Positions 8,677-17,710 of a DNA stretch of 32,758 bases are shown here, piece by piece. This DNA is from a plasmid. Below the pieces are notes generated by a model. It did no database searches. It saw only the letters and a program-made list of their open reading frames with translations, and was not told the origin of the DNA. The position numbers were made by a program, and so were the translations under genes. How positions within the stretch are numbered: the first letter of the stretch is position 1; each line of letters begins with the position of its first letter. The stretch lies in sequence record NZ_CP035505.1; one strand, given 5' to 3'.

Positions 8677-8715
8677 TAGACGGATCCGTCTAGCCAGAAT
8701 AGACGGATCCGTCTA
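8677..8715. promoter_or_regulatory. Two perfect 16-bp palindromes TAGACGGATCCGTCTA (8677-8692 and 8700-8715): candidate TetR operators
   Basis: Two identical perfect palindromes 7 bp apart, ending 2 nt before the tetR ATG, in the divergent intergenic region. This is the classic TetR-family operator arrangement. Confidence 0.6.
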
Positions 8716-8717
8716 GC

Positions 8718-9356
8718 ATGGTGCGCATGATGGCAGTCATCCCCGAAGCCCAGGCCACTGCGCCGAACCGGTCGCCTGCGAGGTCCACGGGAGCTCGTGA
8801 GCGGATCATGGCGACCGCCCGCCGGCTGTTCTACACACGCGGCATCAATGCCACCGGCATCGATCTGGTGATCGCTGAGGCCGGCGTGGCCAAGGGCAGC
8901 ATGTATCACCACTTCGGCAACAAACAGGCTCTGGTAGTGGCTTACCTCCAGCAGGAGGAGGCCACCTGGAAAGCCGCTTCCGAAACCAGGGACGACCCCC
9001 GGGCCAGCGCGACTGAGCGCTTGAGAGTCTTCTTCGATGGAATCTCTGTCGATGTTCTGGCCGGCACGTTCCACGGATGCCCGTTCATGAACGCCGCCAT
9101 CGAACGCCCGGATGATCTCGGGGTGGGCCAGGTGATCGCTCATTACCGGGAAGCACTGGCCTCACATATCGCCCATTTGCTCGGGGAGGACGGGTCCTCG
9201 ACCGCGGTGGACAAGGTGATGGTGCTGTACGACGGGGCGAAAACGTCCGCCAAGATGACACGGGATCCTGCGCTGGTCGAGCTGGCCGCCGACATGGCCT
9301 GCGAAGTTGTTCATGGGCACGGTTCGACTCGCAGGCCGATAGCTCGGAAGGGATGA
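8718..9356 (+). CDS. TetR/AcrR-family transcriptional regulator
   Basis: N-terminal HTH RERIMATARRLFYTRGINATGIDLVIAEAGVAKGSMYHHFGNKQALVVAY is a canonical TetR_N signature. Confidence 0.85.
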   Translation: MVRMMAVIPEAQATAPNRSPARSTGARERIMATARRLFYTRGINATGIDLVIAEAGVAKGSMYHHFGNKQALVVAYLQQEEATWKAASETRDDPRASATERLRVFFDGISVDVLAGTFHGCPFMNAAIERPDDLGVGQVIAHYREALASHIAHLLGEDGSSTAVDKVMVLYDGAKTSAKMTRDPALVELAADMACEVVHGHGSTRRPIARKG

Positions 9357-9650
9357 GCCCTGTTGGCACCTGGCGACGACGATTCCGGACCATGATGCGT
9401 CCGGAAGCACGTGAGGTGGCGCACGAAGCCGACGAGGTCGTCCCGACGCGCCTGTGCGCGCGAGTTCCGCAGGTGGCCCGGGGAAAGGGTTGCGGCACAG
9501 ACAACGCGGAAGACGGGGTGTGCGTACCACGCTGCGTCGGTGGGAAACCGCGGGTTGCCGGTGCAGAACCAGGTGCTGCATGAGCATGGAACCGTGGGTT
9601 CCTTTTCAAGTCCGAGTGATATCTACAAGAAAAAACGAGGAGACAAGAAA

Positions 9651-10118
9651 ATGATGACGAAGAACACTTCCACCACGGGGATCGAGCAGATGGGGAATTC
9701 GGTGCTGCGCTATTCCCTGGTGACGAACCTCGTCTGGATCGGTTCCCTGAAATTCCAGGACTACGAGATGGAGAACATCAGGCCCCTGGTCACCTCCAGC
9801 CCCTTGTTCTCCGGGGTGCTCAAGAAGCTGGGGGAGAAGAAGACAGCGCAGCTGATCGGGGTGGCCGAGATCGGTATGGGAGCTCTCATCGCCGCCAAGC
9901 CCCTCGCCCCGCGCGCTTCGGCGGTGGGCAGCCTCGGGGCGGTAGGGATGTTCGTCACCACGCTCAGTTTCATGGCCACGACCCCGGGAGTGCAGCAGGA
10001 GAACCACGGGAAAACCAAGTTGTCCATGGTGGGGCAGTTCCTGCTCAAGGACACCGTGCTTCTGGGGGCATCCATCCTTACGGCTGCCGAGTCGCTGCAG
10101 CACGCCCGCCGCCGGTAG
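9651..10118 (+). CDS. Small polytopic membrane protein (DUF417/YkgB- or DoxX-like)
   Basis: ATG 9651 preceded by GAGGAG in an unusually AT-rich stretch. 155 aa with 3-4 hydrophobic helices (LVTNLVWIGSL, IGVAEIGMGALIAA, GAVGMFVTTLSFMA, VLLGASILTAA). Downstream of tetR, suggesting a regulated pair. Confidence 0.55.
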   Translation: MMTKNTSTTGIEQMGNSVLRYSLVTNLVWIGSLKFQDYEMENIRPLVTSSPLFSGVLKKLGEKKTAQLIGVAEIGMGALIAAKPLAPRASAVGSLGAVGMFVTTLSFMATTPGVQQENHGKTKLSMVGQFLLKDTVLLGASILTAAESLQHARRR

Positions 10119-10150
10119 CCCGGAAACGACCGTTGCCGTGGCCCGGAACG

Positions 10151-10189
10151 AGCCGGGACGGGAACTGCTGGTGCGGTACCCCGTCCCGG
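10151..10189. terminator. Hairpin GCCGGGACGGG-N16-CCCGTCCCGGC between convergent genes
   Basis: Perfect 11-bp inverted repeat between the DoxX-like gene (+) and the msrB 3' fragment (-). Confidence 0.45.
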
Positions 10190-10470
10190 CCCATGTTCTC
10201 TGCCCCGGTGACCTGGGGGCCGGTAGGTCAGCGCGCCGGCGGCGGCGAAGCCCTGGAGCCGGCGCGCTGAGGGTTCAGCCGGTGGGCGGCCACTCAGTCG
10301 GAGGAAATCAGTTTCATGGAGATCGAGTTGATGCAGAACCGCTGATCGGTGGGGGTCTGGAAACCTTCACCTTCGAAGAGGTGCCCCTGGGCTGACCCCG
10401 TTTGGTAGGTCCGGTGGTTGTGTGAGTCGTCCTGTTGCCCGGGGGTCCGGGCAGTGAGACTGGTCAGATC

Positions 10471-10755
10471 ATGACGAACAGCAGGAAGCGTCACACCTCG
10501 GAGCAGGTCGTCCGTAAGCTCGGGCAGGCCGACAGGATGCTCGCGGGCGGTAGCGACATCGCCGCGGTGTGTCGGGAGCTTGGGATATCCGAGCAGACGT
10601 ATTACCGGTGGCGTAACCAGTACGGCGGACTGAAGGCCGACGACGCGAAGCGCCTGAAGGAGCTGGAGAAGCAGAACGCCACGCTCAAGCGGTTGCTGGC
10701 CGAAGCGGAGCTGGAGAAGGCCGCGCTCAAGGAGCTGGCCGAGGGAAACTTCTAG
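10471..10755 (+). CDS. IS3-family transposase OrfA (copy C)
   Basis: Identical to the copy A OrfA. Confidence 0.85.
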   Translation: MTNSRKRHTSEQVVRKLGQADRMLAGGSDIAAVCRELGISEQTYYRWRNQYGGLKADDAKRLKELEKQNATLKRLLAEAELEKAALKELAEGNF

Positions 10756-10805
10756 GCCCGGGCAGGCGCCGCGCCGCCGTCTCGCACCTGATCAGGACAC
10801 TGCAG

Positions 10806-11621
10806 GTGAGCGAGCGGATGGCGTGCCGTCTGGCCGGGCTGAGCAGGTCCGCATACCGTCGCCCGCTCCAGGGTGAGACGACAGCCGACCCGGACCTGGC
10901 GTTGCGGGACTGGCTGCGGGCGTATGCGAAGAAGCACCCGCGGTGGGGATACCGCAGGGCCTACCACGATGCCCGCGGCGAGGGGTGGGTCGTGAACCAC
11001 AAGAAGATCCAACGGCTCTGGTGCGAGGAAGGGCTGCGCGTCCCGCAGCGGCGTCGCCGCAAACGCGTTGGGTCTTCGACCGTCGACGCCCCGGCAGCGG
11101 TCGCACCGAACCTCGTGTGGGCGGTGGACTTCCAGTTCGACGCGGACGAGCAGGGCCGTTCGATCAAGATCTGCTCCATCGTCGACGAGCACACCCGCGA
11201 GTGCATCGGCGGGCTCGTCGAACGGTCGATCACCGCGGACCGGCTCACCGCCCACCTCGAGGACCTCGTCGCCGTCCGCGGCGCCCCCGCGGTGCTCCGA
11301 TCCGACAACGGCCCCGAGTTCATCAGCGACGCGATGGCCGACTGGGCCGGCACCCGCACCGGCCTGTTCTACATCCCGCCCGGCTCGCCCTGGCACAACG
11401 GGTACGTCGAGTCGTTCAACAGCAGGCTCCGCGACGAGTGCCTGAACATCAACAGCTTCTACTCGCTGCTCCACGCCCAGGTCGTGATCGGCGACTGGAA
11501 GACCGAATACAACCACGACCGCCGGCATTCATCGCTCGGCTACCTCGCACCCGTCGACTACGCTCGGCAATGCACCCATCAATCGGAAACCGACGACTCG
11601 CACAGCGACCGGACCGAATGA
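10806..11621 (+). CDS. IS3-family transposase OrfB (copy C)
   Basis: Identical to the copy B OrfB (…GYLAPVDYARQ… variant). Confidence 0.85.
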   Translation: MSERMACRLAGLSRSAYRRPLQGETTADPDLALRDWLRAYAKKHPRWGYRRAYHDARGEGWVVNHKKIQRLWCEEGLRVPQRRRRKRVGSSTVDAPAAVAPNLVWAVDFQFDADEQGRSIKICSIVDEHTRECIGGLVERSITADRLTAHLEDLVAVRGAPAVLRSDNGPEFISDAMADWAGTRTGLFYIPPGSPWHNGYVESFNSRLRDECLNINSFYSLLHAQVVIGDWKTEYNHDRRHSSLGYLAPVDYARQCTHQSETDDSHSDRTE

Positions 11622-12207
11622 AGGGGGCGGCCCACCCCAGGTGGGAGTCGCATCGGGAACAGCGCACTTCGATGCGCTCCATCCCCAAGGACCGATCACG
11701 TAGGTAACGCACCCTGTCCTCGGCCAGGGGAGCCCAGAACGAGGGCCACCCGCAGTGCGAGTCGAACTTCTCAGTGCTGGTGAACAGCTCTTGGCCACAC
11801 GCCCGGCACTGATAGACACCGGTGGTGTGCGCGTCGTAGTACTGGCCCGTGTACGGCCTCTCGGTGCCCGCCTTCCGGAGTACCTGGAACTCCTGCGGCG
11901 TCAGTTCCTCACGCCACTGCTCCTCACTCTTGGTCATGCCCCTAACGGTTTGAACCGGCTCGTTCTAAAACCGACAGAGGTGGTTGCCACTCGGGTCTTC
12001 CGAATCCGAGGAAACTCGCATGACTCACAGAACTTCGTACGCCGGCGTCAGGCCCATCACCGCCTGGTGGTGCTGCGCCACGTGGAGGAGGTCTGGTCGG
12101 ACGGAATTCTGGACAACTCCACACCGGATCCAGGGTGCTAAGACCGCGTCGCCAACCTGGTGGGTCAGTAAGTTTCCTCGCGCCGTATGGCAGAGTTGCG
12201 TCCTGCA

Positions 12208-13596
12208 GAGTGGTGTACGGGTAGCCCGGTGAGCGCGTCGTCACAGACGAAGGCGGTCACCGCGTGATCCTTCGAGTGAACCTTCCACAGCACTCTCGAA
12301 GAGGACCATCACGATGACCGCTCCTTCCAGTATCGACCCTGCCCAGTTCCTGCACGAGCACCTCGCCCAGGCCTCACCGGACCTGCTGCGCCAGATGCTC
12401 ACGACCTTCGTGAATACCCTGCTCTCGGCCGAGGCCGACACGGTGTGCGGGGCTGCCTACGGGGCCTCGTCCCCGGAGCGGGTGAATCAGCGCAACGGCT
12501 ACCGCCACCGCGACTTCGACACCCGCGCCGGGACCCTCGACGTGGCGATCCCCAAGCTGCGCACCGGCACCTACTTCCCGGAGTGGCTCCTCGAGCGCCG
12601 CCGGCGGGCCGAGTCCGCGCTGACCTCGGTGGTGGCCACCTGCTACCTGCTGGGGGTCTCGACGCGCCGGATGGACAAGCTCGTGCAGTCGCTGGGCATC
12701 ACCGGGCTGTCTCGCTCCCAGGTCTCGACCATGGCCACCGACCTCGACGAGCACGTGGCGTCCTTCCGCACCCGCCCCCTGGATGCCGGGCCGTACACGT
12801 TCGTGGCCGCCGACGCCCTGACGATGAAGGTCCGCGAGGGCGGGCGGGTGGTGAAGGTCGCGGTCATGGTCGCCACCGGCGTCAACGCCGACGGCCACCG
12901 GGAGATCCTCGGCGTGCAGGTGGCCACGGCCGAGTCCGGGGCCGGGTGGCTCACGTTTTTCCGGGATCTAGTGGCCCGCGGGCTGGCCGGGGTGCGACTG
13001 GTGACTTCTGACGCCCACGCCGGGCTGGTGGAGGCCATCGGGGCGACCCTGCCTGGGGCGTCCTGGCAGCGGTGCCGCACCCACTACGCGGCCAACCTCA
13101 TGGCGACCACACCGAAGGCCTCCTGGCCGGCCGTGAAGGCGATGCTGCACTCGGTCTACGACCAGCCCGACGCCGCCTCGGTGCAGGCGCAGTTCGACAA
13201 GCTCCTCGAGATGGTCGAGCCCCAGCTGCCAGCCGTGCACGCCCACCTGGACGAGGCCCGGGCCGAGATCCTGGCCTTCACCACCTTCCCGAAGGGGCTG
13301 TGGCGGCAGATCTGGTCGAACAACCCCAACGAGCGGCTCAACCGCGAGATCCGCCGCCGGACCGACGTGGTCGGGATCTTCCCGGACCGCACCTCGCTGA
13401 TCCGTCTGGTCGGGGCGGTGCTGGCCGAGCAGCACGACGAGTGGGCCGAAGGCCGCCGCTATCTGGGCCTGGACGTACTGGCCAAGTCCCGCCTGAACCT
13501 CGTCAATACCGCCGACACCGATCAGGAGGACACCACCGCCCTCGGCGCCCTCAGCGCCTGACCCCACGAGGATCACGCCGAATCTGTACACCACTC
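12208..13596 (+). mobile_element. IS256-family insertion sequence (approximate ends)
   Basis: A single 415-aa mutator-type transposase ORF flanked by an imperfect terminal inverted repeat with core GAGTGGTGTAC (12208-12218) and GTACACCACTC (13586-13596). No clear 8-bp target duplication was seen, so the ends are approximate. Confidence 0.55.
12314..13561 (+). CDS. IS256-family (Mutator-like) transposase
   Basis: 415 aa. The segments ...RNGYRHRDFDTRAGTLDVAIPKLRTGTYFPEWL... and DAHAGLVEAI... / FPDRTSLIRLVGAVL are characteristic of IS256/MULE transposases. Confidence 0.85.
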   Translation: MTAPSSIDPAQFLHEHLAQASPDLLRQMLTTFVNTLLSAEADTVCGAAYGASSPERVNQRNGYRHRDFDTRAGTLDVAIPKLRTGTYFPEWLLERRRRAESALTSVVATCYLLGVSTRRMDKLVQSLGITGLSRSQVSTMATDLDEHVASFRTRPLDAGPYTFVAADALTMKVREGGRVVKVAVMVATGVNADGHREILGVQVATAESGAGWLTFFRDLVARGLAGVRLVTSDAHAGLVEAIGATLPGASWQRCRTHYAANLMATTPKASWPAVKAMLHSVYDQPDAASVQAQFDKLLEMVEPQLPAVHAHLDEARAEILAFTTFPKGLWRQIWSNNPNERLNREIRRRTDVVGIFPDRTSLIRLVGAVLAEQHDEWAEGRRYLGLDVLAKSRLNLVNTADTDQEDTTALGALSA

Positions 13597-13793
13597 AAAA
13601 GGACTTGACCTATGGCAGTCCTTCAGGTGGGTGCGGTGTGCACCCGTGGGTGTAGTTGGGAAATCAACTCCGGGATGGATGCTGCGCAATGACCTGGCCG
13701 ACATGCTTTAGATGTCGGCGCACCAAAAATTGCCTCCGCAACAGGGGTAGGGGCTCGGCAAAATAAATCCCCGCATCTCGCCAGGAGATCAAA

Positions 13794-14083
13794 ATGTCAT
13801 CCACTCGCGCATTGTCCACGCATACCGCCAAGCCCAGCCGGCGTTACTTCTCCAAGGCCGTATTGTCCATGGCTTCGCTCACTCTGGCCGCAGGCGGCCT
13901 CGCCACCCTCGGAGCACCGGCCCAAGCCGCGGCCACGCCGACCACCCAGGTGCAGTCCGCCGCGGTGGTGACCCAGGGGCAGCAGAAGGGCTGTGATGTG
14001 GATGCTTACAAGCCGCATTACAAGAAGTATCAGGGGAAGCATTACGCCGCGTTCCCCTTCAAGGTGAAGTGCGAGAAGGGCTA
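13794..14083 (+). pseudogene. Small secreted protein gene, 3' end truncated by IS3 copy D
   Basis: ATG 13794 with AGGAGA RBS. N-terminal signal peptide-like region (basic n-region, hydrophobic LSMASLTLAAGGLATLGAPAQAAA). The frame runs directly into the IS IRR at 14084 with no stop. Confidence 0.45.
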
Positions 14084-14096
14084 TGGGCCGCCCCCT

Positions 14097-14912
14097 TCAT
14101 TCGGTCCGGTCGCTCTGTGAGTCGTCGGTTTCGATTTGATGGGTGCACTGCCGAGCGTACTCGGCCGGGGGTAGGTAGCCGAGCGATGAGTGCCGACGCT
14201 GATGGTTGTACTCGGTCTTCCAGTCGCCGATCACGACCTGGGCGTGCAGCAGTGAGTAGAAGCTGTTGATGTTGAGGCACTCGTCGCGGAGGCGGCTGTT
14301 GAACGATTCGACGTATCCGTTGTGCCAGGGCGAGCCGGGCGGGATGTAGAACAGGCCGGTGCGGGTACCCGCCCAGTCGGCCATCGCGTCGCTGATGAAC
14401 TCGGGCCCGTTGTCGCTGCGGAGCACACCCGGTGCACCGCGGACGGCGACGAGCTCTTCGAGGTGGGCGGTGAGCCGGTCGGCGGTGATCGACCGCTCCA
14501 CGAGCCCGCCGATGCATTCGCGGGTGTGCTCGTCGACGATGGAGCAGATCTTGATCGGGCAGCCCCGCTCGTCGGCGTCGAACTGGAAGTCCACCGCCCA
14601 TACGAGGTTCGGTGCGACTGCCGCCGGGGCGTCGACGGTCGAGGATCCGACACGCTTGCGGCGTCGCCGCTGCGGGACGCGGAGGCCTTCGGCTCGCCAG
14701 AGGCGTTGGATCTTCTTGTGGTTGACCGCCCAGCCCTCACCCCGGGCGTCGTGATACGCCCGCCGGTACCCGTAGCGGGGATGCTTCTTCGCCCACGCGC
14801 GCAGCCAGTCTCGCAACGCGCGATCAGGGTCGGCGACCGTGTCGCCCTTGAGCGGGCGACGGTATGCGGACCTGCTCAGCCCGGCCAGACGGCACGCCAT
14901 CCGCTCGCTCAC
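14097..14912 (-). CDS. IS3-family transposase OrfB (copy D, diverged)
   Basis: Homologous to 2935-3750. The frame is open further upstream (to 15149), consistent with OrfAB fusion. Confidence 0.8.
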   Translation of the reverse strand: MSERMACRLAGLSRSAYRRPLKGDTVADPDRALRDWLRAWAKKHPRYGYRRAYHDARGEGWAVNHKKIQRLWRAEGLRVPQRRRRKRVGSSTVDAPAAVAPNLVWAVDFQFDADERGCPIKICSIVDEHTRECIGGLVERSITADRLTAHLEELVAVRGAPGVLRSDNGPEFISDAMADWAGTRTGLFYIPPGSPWHNGYVESFNSRLRDECLNINSFYSLLHAQVVIGDWKTEYNHQRRHSSLGYLPPAEYARQCTHQIETDDSQSDRTE

Positions 14913-14962
14913 CTGCAGTGTCCTGATCAGGTGCGAGACGGCGGCGCGGCGCCTGCCCGGGC

Positions 14963-15247
14963 CTAGAAGTTTCCCTCGGCCAGCTCCTTGAGCGCGGCCT
15001 TCTCCAGCTCCGCTTCGGCCAGCAACCGCTTGAGCGTGGCGTTCTGCTTCTCCAGCTCCTTCAGGCGCTTCGCGTCGTCGGCCTTCAGTCCGCCGTACTG
15101 GTTCCGCCACCGGTAATACGTCTGCTCGGATATCCCAAGCTCCCGACACACCGCGGCGATGTCGCTACCGCCCGCGAGCATCCTGTCGGCCTGCCCGAGC
15201 TTACGGACGACCTGCTCCGGGGTGTGACGCTTCCTGCTGTTCGACAT
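14963..15247 (-). CDS. IS3-family transposase OrfA (copy D, diverged)
   Basis: MSNSRKRHTPEQVVRKLGQADRMLAGGSDIAAVCRELGISEQTYYRWRNQYGG...; ATG 83 bp inside the IRL as in the other copies. Confidence 0.8.
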   Translation of the reverse strand: MSNSRKRHTPEQVVRKLGQADRMLAGGSDIAAVCRELGISEQTYYRWRNQYGGLKADDAKRLKELEKQNATLKRLLAEAELEKAALKELAEGNF

Positions 15248-15524
15248 GATCTGACCAGTCTCCCTGCCCGGACCCACGGGCGACAGGACGACTCCCAGAA
15301 CCACCGGACCTAAAAAACGGGGTCAGCCCAGGCCCCCTCATCGAATACGGGATCACCCACGGCGCCCGCCGCATCGTTTATCCCGCGCGCAGCGAGTGGG
15401 ACTACACCATCTGACTAGAGACGAGCGGGCCTGGTAACCCAGGCCCGCTCGCACACACGGACCAAGAACCACCCTGGTCCGACACGTATTTTCCCACACC
15501 GTACGATATGGAGGGGGGTGACCC

Positions 15525-15896
15525 ATGGACGAGTTCTTCGAGTACGCAGAGCACCAGCTCAGCCAGCCGCCGGCGCCGCAGGACTACATCGCCGGATTCA
15601 CCCTGTATGCCGTGAGCCGGCCATGCGACCAAATTTCCATCGCCTTGTCCGAGGCGGTGGACGAGCTGCACCGGCTCGAGGATCAGCTACACAAGGATCA
15701 GCAGCGTCTAGCAACCACCCGCGGCCGGCGCGCGTCCATCCAAGGCACCTCTGCATCCCATCAGGTCAGCCGCTGCCCGCGTCGGTGGTATGACCCCCGT
15801 GACTGGTTCAAGGCACCTCACTACGTCGTCACCCTCGTGGCCCGCTTCCAAGTCCGTGATACCGAGATAGACACTGGCGAGACTCCCCCTACGTGA
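15525..15896 (+). CDS. Hypothetical protein (123 aa)
   Basis: Strong RBS GGAGGGGGGTGA before ATG 15525, and protein-like composition. No family recognised. Confidence 0.5.
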   Translation: MDEFFEYAEHQLSQPPAPQDYIAGFTLYAVSRPCDQISIALSEAVDELHRLEDQLHKDQQRLATTRGRRASIQGTSASHQVSRCPRRWYDPRDWFKAPHYVVTLVARFQVRDTEIDTGETPPT

Positions 15897-16133
15897 CAGC
15901 CCATCGCCGTAACCCCGCAGGTTAGGCGTGCCGTAGAAACCCCCTGAACCACTCTCCCGGACCACAGCGGTACTGCACCACGGCCTATCAGCCCTGCCCG
16001 GCCGTGAGGAACGAGCGGCTGGGCAGGGTCGGGGGTCCAGCGCCCAGGGCTGGCGGGGGTTCGGGGCGCGGAGCCCCGTAACACGGCGGGACGATCCAAA
16101 AGGCTTCTTCTGGCCCAGGGGACGGTGTAACCT

Positions 16134-16161
16134 GATAAAATAATGCATGCATTATTTTATC
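16134..16161. promoter_or_regulatory. 28-bp perfect AT-rich palindrome GATAAAATAATGCATGCATTATTTTATC upstream of ssb
   Basis: Perfect palindrome read directly in the sequence, ending 17 nt before the ssb ATG. It is unusually AT-rich for this DNA and shares the core AATAATGCATGC...GCATTATT with the site at 25823-25845. Confidence 0.45.
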
Positions 16162-16177
16162 GGCGGAAGGAACACTT

Positions 16178-16600
16178 ATGAGCATCCCCGCAGCCTTGAC
16201 CGGGTTCGTTGGTGCCGAGCCCACAGTGCAGCACACCGAGTCCGGGAAGACGGTCACCCGGTTGCGCCTGGCGTGTAAAGACGAGTACCGCGACGCTACC
16301 GGGCAGTTCCAGGAGCGTGACACATTCTGGGTGGTCTGTGAAGGGTGGGGCCACGTAGCCGAGGCCATGGCCACCTACTCGAAGGGAACCGCCCTGATCG
16401 TCGTCGGTCAGTGGCGCCAGTCCGACTATGAGGCGGATGGGCAGAAACGCTCAGCTCGTTTCGTCGCAGTCACCGCAGCCGGCGTCAATGATGCGATCCC
16501 TTCTCGGTCGAGTGATGCCGCTAAAGCGGCATCATCGCAGGAGGACCACCATGCCGATGAGGCTTCCGAGGGGGAGGCCGCCGAGGAAAATCCGCTGTGA
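16178..16600 (+). CDS. ssb: Single-stranded DNA-binding protein (SSB), plasmid/conjugation-associated
   Basis: 140 aa with an OB-fold-like N-terminal ~110 aa (…TVTRLRLACKDEYRD…FWVVCEGWGHVAEA…ALIVVGQWRQSDYEADGQKRSARFVAV…) and an acidic C-terminal tail DEASEGEAAEENPL. RBS GGAAGGAACAC. Confidence 0.7.
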   Translation: MSIPAALTGFVGAEPTVQHTESGKTVTRLRLACKDEYRDATGQFQERDTFWVVCEGWGHVAEAMATYSKGTALIVVGQWRQSDYEADGQKRSARFVAVTAAGVNDAIPSRSSDAAKAASSQEDHHADEASEGEAAEENPL

Positions 16601-17706
16601 AAACGTCCAAGGACACCAAGAGCCCCGGAGCATGGCGGACCTTCAAGGCGCTGGTGTTGAACCTGCCAGATCCGGAGGTTCCCTCCCTAGCGGATCGACT
16701 CAAAGGAAGAACGCCGAGCGCCAAGACTGGGACGCCGCCGCCGGCACCTTCTGAGAAGCCCTCGGCGTGGTCCGCGGCCGCGGCGCAGGCGCGGCCTGCA
16801 TCGCCTGAGCCGGCGGAGGAAGAAGAAACGCTGTGGGAGGCCGTGATCCCGTCCGCTAAGTCCTCGCGGTGGAAGCGATTCGTGCGCTGGTCAGCTATCG
16901 GCTTGATTCTCCTGTTCTTGTGGATTGGTCTCCGTGCAGCGATCTTCGGAGTCAACAGCAACACCACCCCGCAAGAAGTTCCGCTCACGGCGACCTTCAA
17001 CCACGGACAAGCCGCCGGCACCGCCCAGCGATTCACGGTCGCGTACCTGAGCTGGGACGAGGCGAACAAAGACCAACGGGCAAAGAACATGAGCCCGTGG
17101 TACTCGGGAGGCAACGCGCCGGCTGAACTGGGATGGGATGGGCACGGCAAGCAAACGGCTCAGAACGCCACAGTCCGTAACGTGGAGCCACTGGATAAAG
17201 ACCACGCTCGAGTCATGGTCACCGCCGACGTCACGCCCTACCAAAAGGGCAAGGCGCAGCCGACCCAGACCCAAACGCTCGAAGTGAAGGTTCAGGTGAC
17301 CGAGGACGGCAGCGCCGTCTACGGGGCACCAGGTGTAGTGGGCAACCCCCAACCGATCACCGCGACCGAGGCCGAGGACAACACCCCCAACGATTCCGTA
17401 CTGTCCCAGCAAACCAAACCCGAAGCACAGACCTTCTTCACCAGCTACGGGTCAGAGACCGACCTTGCATCCATCACCGCCCCCGGGGCGATGGTGCAGG
17501 GATTGGGTGGCGCCCTCAAAGACCCGAAGCTCCGTGAGTGGACGGTCAAGAACGGTGCCGAGGATCACCGCGCGGCGCGCGCGGTCGTGCAGTGGACGAC
17601 CAAAAGCGGCGCGAAGTCACAACAGACCTACGAGCTGAAACTCGTGAAGGTCAGTGGCGGTCAATCTGCCAAATGGCAGGTTGAAACAATCAATGGAACG
17701 GAGTAA
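16597..17706 (+). CDS. Bitopic membrane protein of conjugation apparatus (TcpC/VirB8-position-like)
   Basis: GTG start overlapping the ssb stop. Disordered Pro/Ala-rich N-terminus, one TM helix (IGLILLFLWIGLRAAIFGV), then a ~250-aa extracytoplasmic domain. Architecture and position match TcpC-like proteins of Gram-positive T4SSs. Confidence 0.5.
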   Translation: MKTSKDTKSPGAWRTFKALVLNLPDPEVPSLADRLKGRTPSAKTGTPPPAPSEKPSAWSAAAAQARPASPEPAEEEETLWEAVIPSAKSSRWKRFVRWSAIGLILLFLWIGLRAAIFGVNSNTTPQEVPLTATFNHGQAAGTAQRFTVAYLSWDEANKDQRAKNMSPWYSGGNAPAELGWDGHGKQTAQNATVRNVEPLDKDHARVMVTADVTPYQKGKAQPTQTQTLEVKVQVTEDGSAVYGAPGVVGNPQPITATEAEDNTPNDSVLSQQTKPEAQTFFTSYGSETDLASITAPGAMVQGLGGALKDPKLREWTVKNGAEDHRAARAVVQWTTKSGAKSQQTYELKLVKVSGGQSAKWQVETINGTE

Positions 17707-17710
17707 GAAC

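Larger units (their letters stand above)
10388..11634 (+). mobile_element. IS3-family insertion sequence, copy C (1247 bp), flanked by 4-bp direct repeat CCCC
   Basis: Same IRs as copy A. CCCC is present at 10384-10387 and 11635-11638. Inserted in msrB. Confidence 0.9.
10294..11937 (-). pseudogene. msrB: Peptide-methionine (R)-S-oxide reductase MsrB gene split by IS3 copy C (5' part 11635-11937, 3' part 10294-10387)
   Basis: The minus-strand ORF MTKSEEQWREELTPQEFQVLRKAGTERPYTGQYYDAH...CGWPSFWAP...VRCSRCDSHLG runs into the IS. On the other side of the IS the frame continues HLFEGEGFQTPTDQRFCINSISMKLISSD*. Joining them with one copy of the duplicated CCCC gives a complete SelR/MsrB with both CxxC pairs and the RYCINS motif. 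Confidence 0.8.
14084..15330 (-). mobile_element. IS3-family insertion sequence, copy D (1247 bp, diverged ~10% from copies A-C), no flanking direct repeat
   Basis: Same length and organisation, with many substitutions (e.g. OrfA MSNSRKRHTPEQ..., OrfB ...PLKGDTVADPDRALRDWLRAWAKKHPRYGYRRAY...). The IRL variant is TGGGCTGACCCCGTTTTTTAGG. Confidence 0.85.

Noticed and set aside
8643-9143. 166-aa minus-strand ORF overlapping tetR
   Set aside because: Antisense to a well-supported TetR gene with canonical HTH. It would also run through the operator palindromes.
4608-15334. GGCC flanking both the IRR of the 214-bp IS fragment (4608-4611) and the IRL of diverged copy D (15331-15334), as if they were two ends of one insertion with a GGCC duplication
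   Set aside because: The fragment sequence matches the A/B/C variant, not the diverged D variant, so they cannot be ends of the same element. A palindromic 4-mer match is expected by chance fairly often in GC-rich DNA.
15897-16133. Possible tRNA gene or att site between the hypothetical gene and ssb (GC-rich hairpins such as CCCTGCCCGGCCG…CGGCTGGGCAGGG and CGGGGCGCGGAGCCCCG)
   Set aside because: No cloverleaf could be assembled by eye: no T-loop GTTCRANYC with matching acceptor stem, and no CCA-proximal acceptor pairing. The hairpins are more likely terminators or structured spacers. A tRNAscan/Aragorn run would settle it.
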